From assembly GCA_002104945.1 (NCBI GenBank), contig MCFH01000011.1:620001-684000 (forward strand): 64,000 nt of DNA, read 5' to 3'. Numbering within the stretch: position 1 is the first letter of the stretch; every line of letters begins with the position of its first letter. The notes beneath the pieces are model-generated. The model made no database searches. It had not been told where the DNA came from and saw nothing but the letters and a program-made list of their open reading frames with translations. Shown here in pieces: positions 59,217-64,000 of the stretch. A program made the translations under genes and the position numbers. The DNA comes from Piromyces finnis finn (lineage: Eukaryota > Fungi > Neocallimastigomycota).

Positions 59217-62200
59217 TAATTATTTGAAAATAAAAAAAAAATTAAAAATAATAACAGCAAAAAAAATCTTTTAGATGTAAAATAAAATATAATATAATTC
59301 ACAATAAATATTAACAAAATAATAAAAATAGATAATTTAGATTTACTTATTAATTTATTATTATCAATTTTATTAGAAAATAAAAAGATATATAATATAT
59401 ATATAAAGATAAAGATTTAAACAAGAAAGATAAATTTGAAAAAAAAAAATAGATTTTATATATTATTTTTTCTAAAAACTTTTAATCATTAAAAACCTTG
59501 TAAATTATAAATAATATTTCCCTAAACTGCACCTAAAATATTAATAATTCATAATGAAAATAAAGCTTTTTTAAAAATCAATAATATATATTTCAATAAT
59601 TCCTTTTTTCCTTTTTAGTTTCAAGTTGAAATGACAAAATCATAAATAAATAATCCATTAATTTATTAGGTAAATTTGGAATTTTAAATTATTAAATAAG
59701 CTACTACCAACTTTAATAATTATTAATTGATAGGAAATTTTTATTATTTTTTACTACTGTTAAAACAAAAAATTTTGGATGAAGGTGAAACAATAATATA
59801 TTAAATTAAATGAATAAAGTTTATTTAATTTAAAATATTAGGATTGATACATGTGTATTTTTACATATATTTATGTTTCAAATGAATAATTATATCATTT
59901 TAGTGTAACACAATAAATCATAAGATATTCTATTTTTATTGGAGATTTTTTTGATGGTATCAAAGTATATATTCTAAAGTCTGAATCATTATAAATAAAT
60001 GATATATAAAATGGAAATTGTTTTTCTCTGTTTTTTTATATTTAAATAATTATAAATAAATTATATTTTAATATAATTTATTTAATAGAAAATATATTAT
60101 TATACAAATGAAAGAGCAATTACCATCTAATTGAAATAGTATACTTATCTTCTTTTTTCTTTATTTTTTTTGAATGGAAATTTTGTGGTTTTTTTTTTTA
60201 CATTAATACTAAAATGGAAATTTAAAAGAAAGAAATTTTAAACTTTAATCTATATATATTTAATTTTGTAACATGGTATGTTTCCCATGATGAAAAAAAA
60301 TTTTTTTAATAATAATTTTAAAAAAAAAAATTCCTTTTATATACATATTAAATAATATTTTTAAAATATTTCATTCAGCAAATAAAAAATACTAAAGAAA
60401 ATTGGCACTTTTAAAACGTTGAAAGTAATAATAATTTTATCAATTAAGTATTATTATTTTAATATTAATTTACATTTCTATTATAGGTGAGATTTATTAA
60501 AAATAATAAAATAATAATATTATTATATTATTTTTAAATTCGTAAGAAATGCATAACTTTTAAAATTGTTAAGGAATACAAATAGCATAATTTTACACAA
60601 TTTTTAAATTAAAAAATACCAATAAATATTATCACGCAATATGTTTTTCTGTCACTTTTTAAACTTTATGCTAATTAAATAAGATCTATTGGTAGTTATT
60701 TTATTTAAAAAAAAAAGTAAATATAAAAAAAAAAGGAATTTCATAATTATAAATAAATTCTTTCTTTTTAGTAAATAAAAAGGTGGTCTACCGCAAAATT
60801 TACCATAGTTTAAACTATATTTTTCTTCAATATTTAAAGAAAATTTTATAATTAATCAATATTTATTAATTAAATTACTTTACAACAACTGGTGAAGATC
60901 AATTCAAGAAGAAAAAAAAAGGATTTATAAAGGAATATAAATATATAAATAAATAAATTCTAATTTTATCATTTATATAAAATATATATAATCTAAAATA
61001 TATTATTTCAACATATAATATAAAAAAATAATTTGTATATAGTCGTAGAATTACTATACAAACTATATTGATAAAATATATTAAATTTCAATATATATAA
61101 AAAAAAGTTAATGTATCACTTATATAATTTATTCTTATTAATAATATTTAATAAATATATTGGTTTAATATATAATAATAAATAAGTTATATATTAAAAT
61201 ATAAACCTATAGTATTATTTTATAAATCTCCTTTTGTAAATTAATATTATCATTTATCATTTAATATAAATTCTCCTTTCATTTATTACAATATAAAAAA
61301 AAAGGAATAAATAATTAGGATAAAGAATTTAAATAATATAGAAAATGAATGTAAAATAGAACTTAACTGGTGATAAATGAACTTTATAAACTATAATTCT
61401 TATAAAGTAACAAATTATTAATGCATTTTTTTAGTGACTAAAATAAATGTTTTATATATATTATTCTTTAAAAAAAATAAATATATAATATTAATTATTT
61501 TATTTATAGCTTTAATAATAGTACATTAATAAGATTTAGAATATTAAAATAATATATTAAATTTAAATGTTTTAGTTTTTCATTTGGGTTAAAATGTTTC
61601 ATATATTTATAATATATTAAATTACATATAATTCCATATAAATTATATTTATATATACTATAATGTATTACTAATTTAAATTTTCAAATTAAGATTTATT
61701 ATATTATTTAAATTTCATTTGTTAATTCAAAAATAATAAATAACTTTTAAATATATTATATATAATTAAAGTTTGTTTCTTTACAAACTTTATTGTTAAT
61801 AAATATATTATAGATTTAAATCTTATTTATTATTTATTTATATTGATTTATCATAAGATTATTAAATTTAAAACATTAATAAAATCCTAAAACTCGTTTT
61901 TTCTATTTATCTTACTATTATTAATAAATAAATTTAATTAATAAAGTTTCAGATTTGTCTAACCAATAAAAGTTATAAATTTCAATAATATTTTTTTTTA
62001 TGACTAAATGATATACTAGTTAGAATAATTTTATTATAAATAGAGTTTACCATAAAATAGAAAAAAATGTTTCAAATATAAATAGAATAATTTTTCTCTG
62101 TTTTTACTTATTATTTAATTTTTTTATTTTCCTTTTTATTTAAAAAATCAAAATAAAATAAATTATATTTATACTGCTTACTGGATAAGCTAGAATAGAA

Positions 62201-62437
62201 TAATTTATAAGATTATTAAAAATAATTAAAAACGAAAACAAAAAAAAACTTCCCTCAAATAAAAATAACATATTTAAACAAAAAAGCACAAAGTCTTTTT
62301 TAATTAAAGTAAAAATCAATTTGTAAATAAAAATTAAATTCAAAAATTATTACCAGAAAACAAGAACATAATATTAATTTTAATATATATAATATATATT
62401 CGAATACAGTAAACCAAAAAAAAATCATACATACAAA

Positions 62438-64000
62438 ATGGTTTTCAAGAAGATTATTTCTGTTGCTATGATGTCTTTCATAGGAAAGGCCGTAGCTGAC
62501 TGCTCAAGTTCTTTCAAAAATCAAGGTTATTCCTGTTGTAAGGGTTGCTCAGTTGTCGACACTGATGCAACTGGTGACTGGGGTGTTGAAAACGGCCAAT
62601 GGTGTGGTATCGATACCCAAGCTTGGTAAGTTTTAGTTAATAAATATCAATATTATTATTTAATAGTATATAAAATATCTAAATATTATGTTATTAAATT
62701 TAATAAATAAAATAATATATGAAATAAATAGTAAGCAACAAAATTCTTCAGTAAGTATATAAATATTATAAAAACTATTTATATTTAAACTATATATAAA
62801 ATTATTATAATATTAATATTAATAATATATTTATTATGATAAAAAGTGCTGGGCCGCTGCTGAAGGTTATGCTTGTTGTAGCTCAGGAACTCCAGTTACT
62901 CTTACTGATAGCAAGGGTAAGTGGGGTATTGAAAACGGTCAATGGTGTGGTATAGTTAACGAACCAGTTTCTGACCCATCATGTTGGGCCTCTTCTGAAG
63001 GTTACAAATGCTGTCAAAACACTTGTGATGCTATTTACTCTGAAGGTAGCAAGAAGTGGGGTTTCGAAAATGGTGACTGGTGTGGTATTGTTGATAACAG
63101 ATGCATTAGTGTCCCAACTAACATCCCAACTCAAAGTCAACCATCTCAACCAACTGGTAATGCTGGTGCTGATGGTTCTTGTACTAAGGGTCCATGCACT
63201 CAAACTGCTCCAGGTTGGACTCCAGGTAATGATTCAGTCTTACCAGGTTATCTCTCAACCAAGGGTAAGTACATCGTTGATGAAAAGGGCCGTAAAGTTA
63301 TTTTAGGTGGTCTCTCATGGTTCGGTGGTGAAACTACTAACCTTTCTCCACACGGTTTATGGGCTAACTCTTTAGAAAACTTCATTAAGATCGTTAAGGA
63401 TCACGGTTACAATCACCTTCGTTACCCATGGACTAACGAAATGTTATTCCCAGGTGCCGAAACTCAATCTGTTGACCAAGTTAACAACCCAGATCTTGCT
63501 AACCTCAGTCCATTAGAAGTTATGGATGCCGTTATTGATGCTTGTGGTAAGGCCGGTTTAAAGGTTTACCTTGATCGTCACAGACCACTTTCTGGTGGAC
63601 AAAGTGAATTATGGTACATTCCAGAAGTTCCAGAAGAACAATGGATTGAAGACTGGCAATTCCTTGCTAAGCGTTACAAGGGTAACCCAACCGTTATTGG
63701 TGCTGATCTTCACAACGAACCACACAGTTCTGCCTGCTGGGGTTGTGGTGAAATCGAACGTGATTGGAGACTTGCTGCTGAAAGATGTGGTAACGCTATT
63801 CACGAAGTTAACCCAGACTGGCTTATTATTGTTGAAGGTAACGATCACTATGGTGAAGAAGGTTGGCAAAAGGGTGAATCATACTGGTGGGGTGGTATGT
63901 TAAAGGGAGCTAAGGAATTCCCAGTTAGATTAAACGTTCCAAATAAGCTTGTTTACTCCGCTCACGATTATGATAAGAATGTCCACATGCAAGATTGGTT
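62438..64000 (+). CDS. Secreted cellulosomal endoglucanase: signal peptide, three fungal dockerins (CBM10-like NCDD), P/T/Q linker and GH5 domain (subfamily 1-like); truncated by the window end
   Basis: Exons 62438-62625, 62732-62750 (19-nt microexon) and 62847 to beyond 64000. Three CC...WGxENGxWCGI dockerin motifs. GH5 motifs [24 protein letters not shown] (acid/base Glu codon 63717-63719), WLIIVEG, WWGG and KLVYSAHDY resemble bacterial E1/EngXCA-type GH5_1 enzymes. Confidence 0.93.

Overview
Extremely AT-rich, intron-containing eukaryotic DNA with GT-AG introns, homopolymer runs and (AAAT)n/(TTA)n microsatellites. It is almost certainly from an anaerobic gut fungus (Neocallimastigomycota), as shown by a cellulosomal GH5 cellulase carrying three fungal dockerins at the right edge. 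I reconstructed 14 protein genes by hand-splicing. In order: a partial coiled-coil, probably axonemal protein; full-length CTC1; a membrane-anchored SET-domain protein; a Kch1-type K+ transporter; the Skt5/Chs4 chitin synthase activator; PPP1R42; Cdc14; kinesin-13; Cdc4; an orphan type II membrane protein with Kex2/furin sites; a PPP1R37/MHP1-like LRR protein; a La-motif/RRM/cold-shock-domain protein; a divergent F1-ATPase gamma subunit; and the dockerin-GH5 gene (partial). The most interesting items are: (1) an intact but strongly remodelled F1 gamma subunit in a lineage whose hydrogenosomes lack a genome; (2) a La-RRM-CSD fusion with a degenerate La pocket; (3) a SET domain behind a signal anchor; (4) a kinesin-13 whose KVD finger reads SVS; (5) a candidate precursor of a disulfide-looped 29-aa peptide. 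No rRNA, tRNA, CRISPR array or recognisable transposon was seen. All homology calls are by eye from remembered family motifs, not from database searches.
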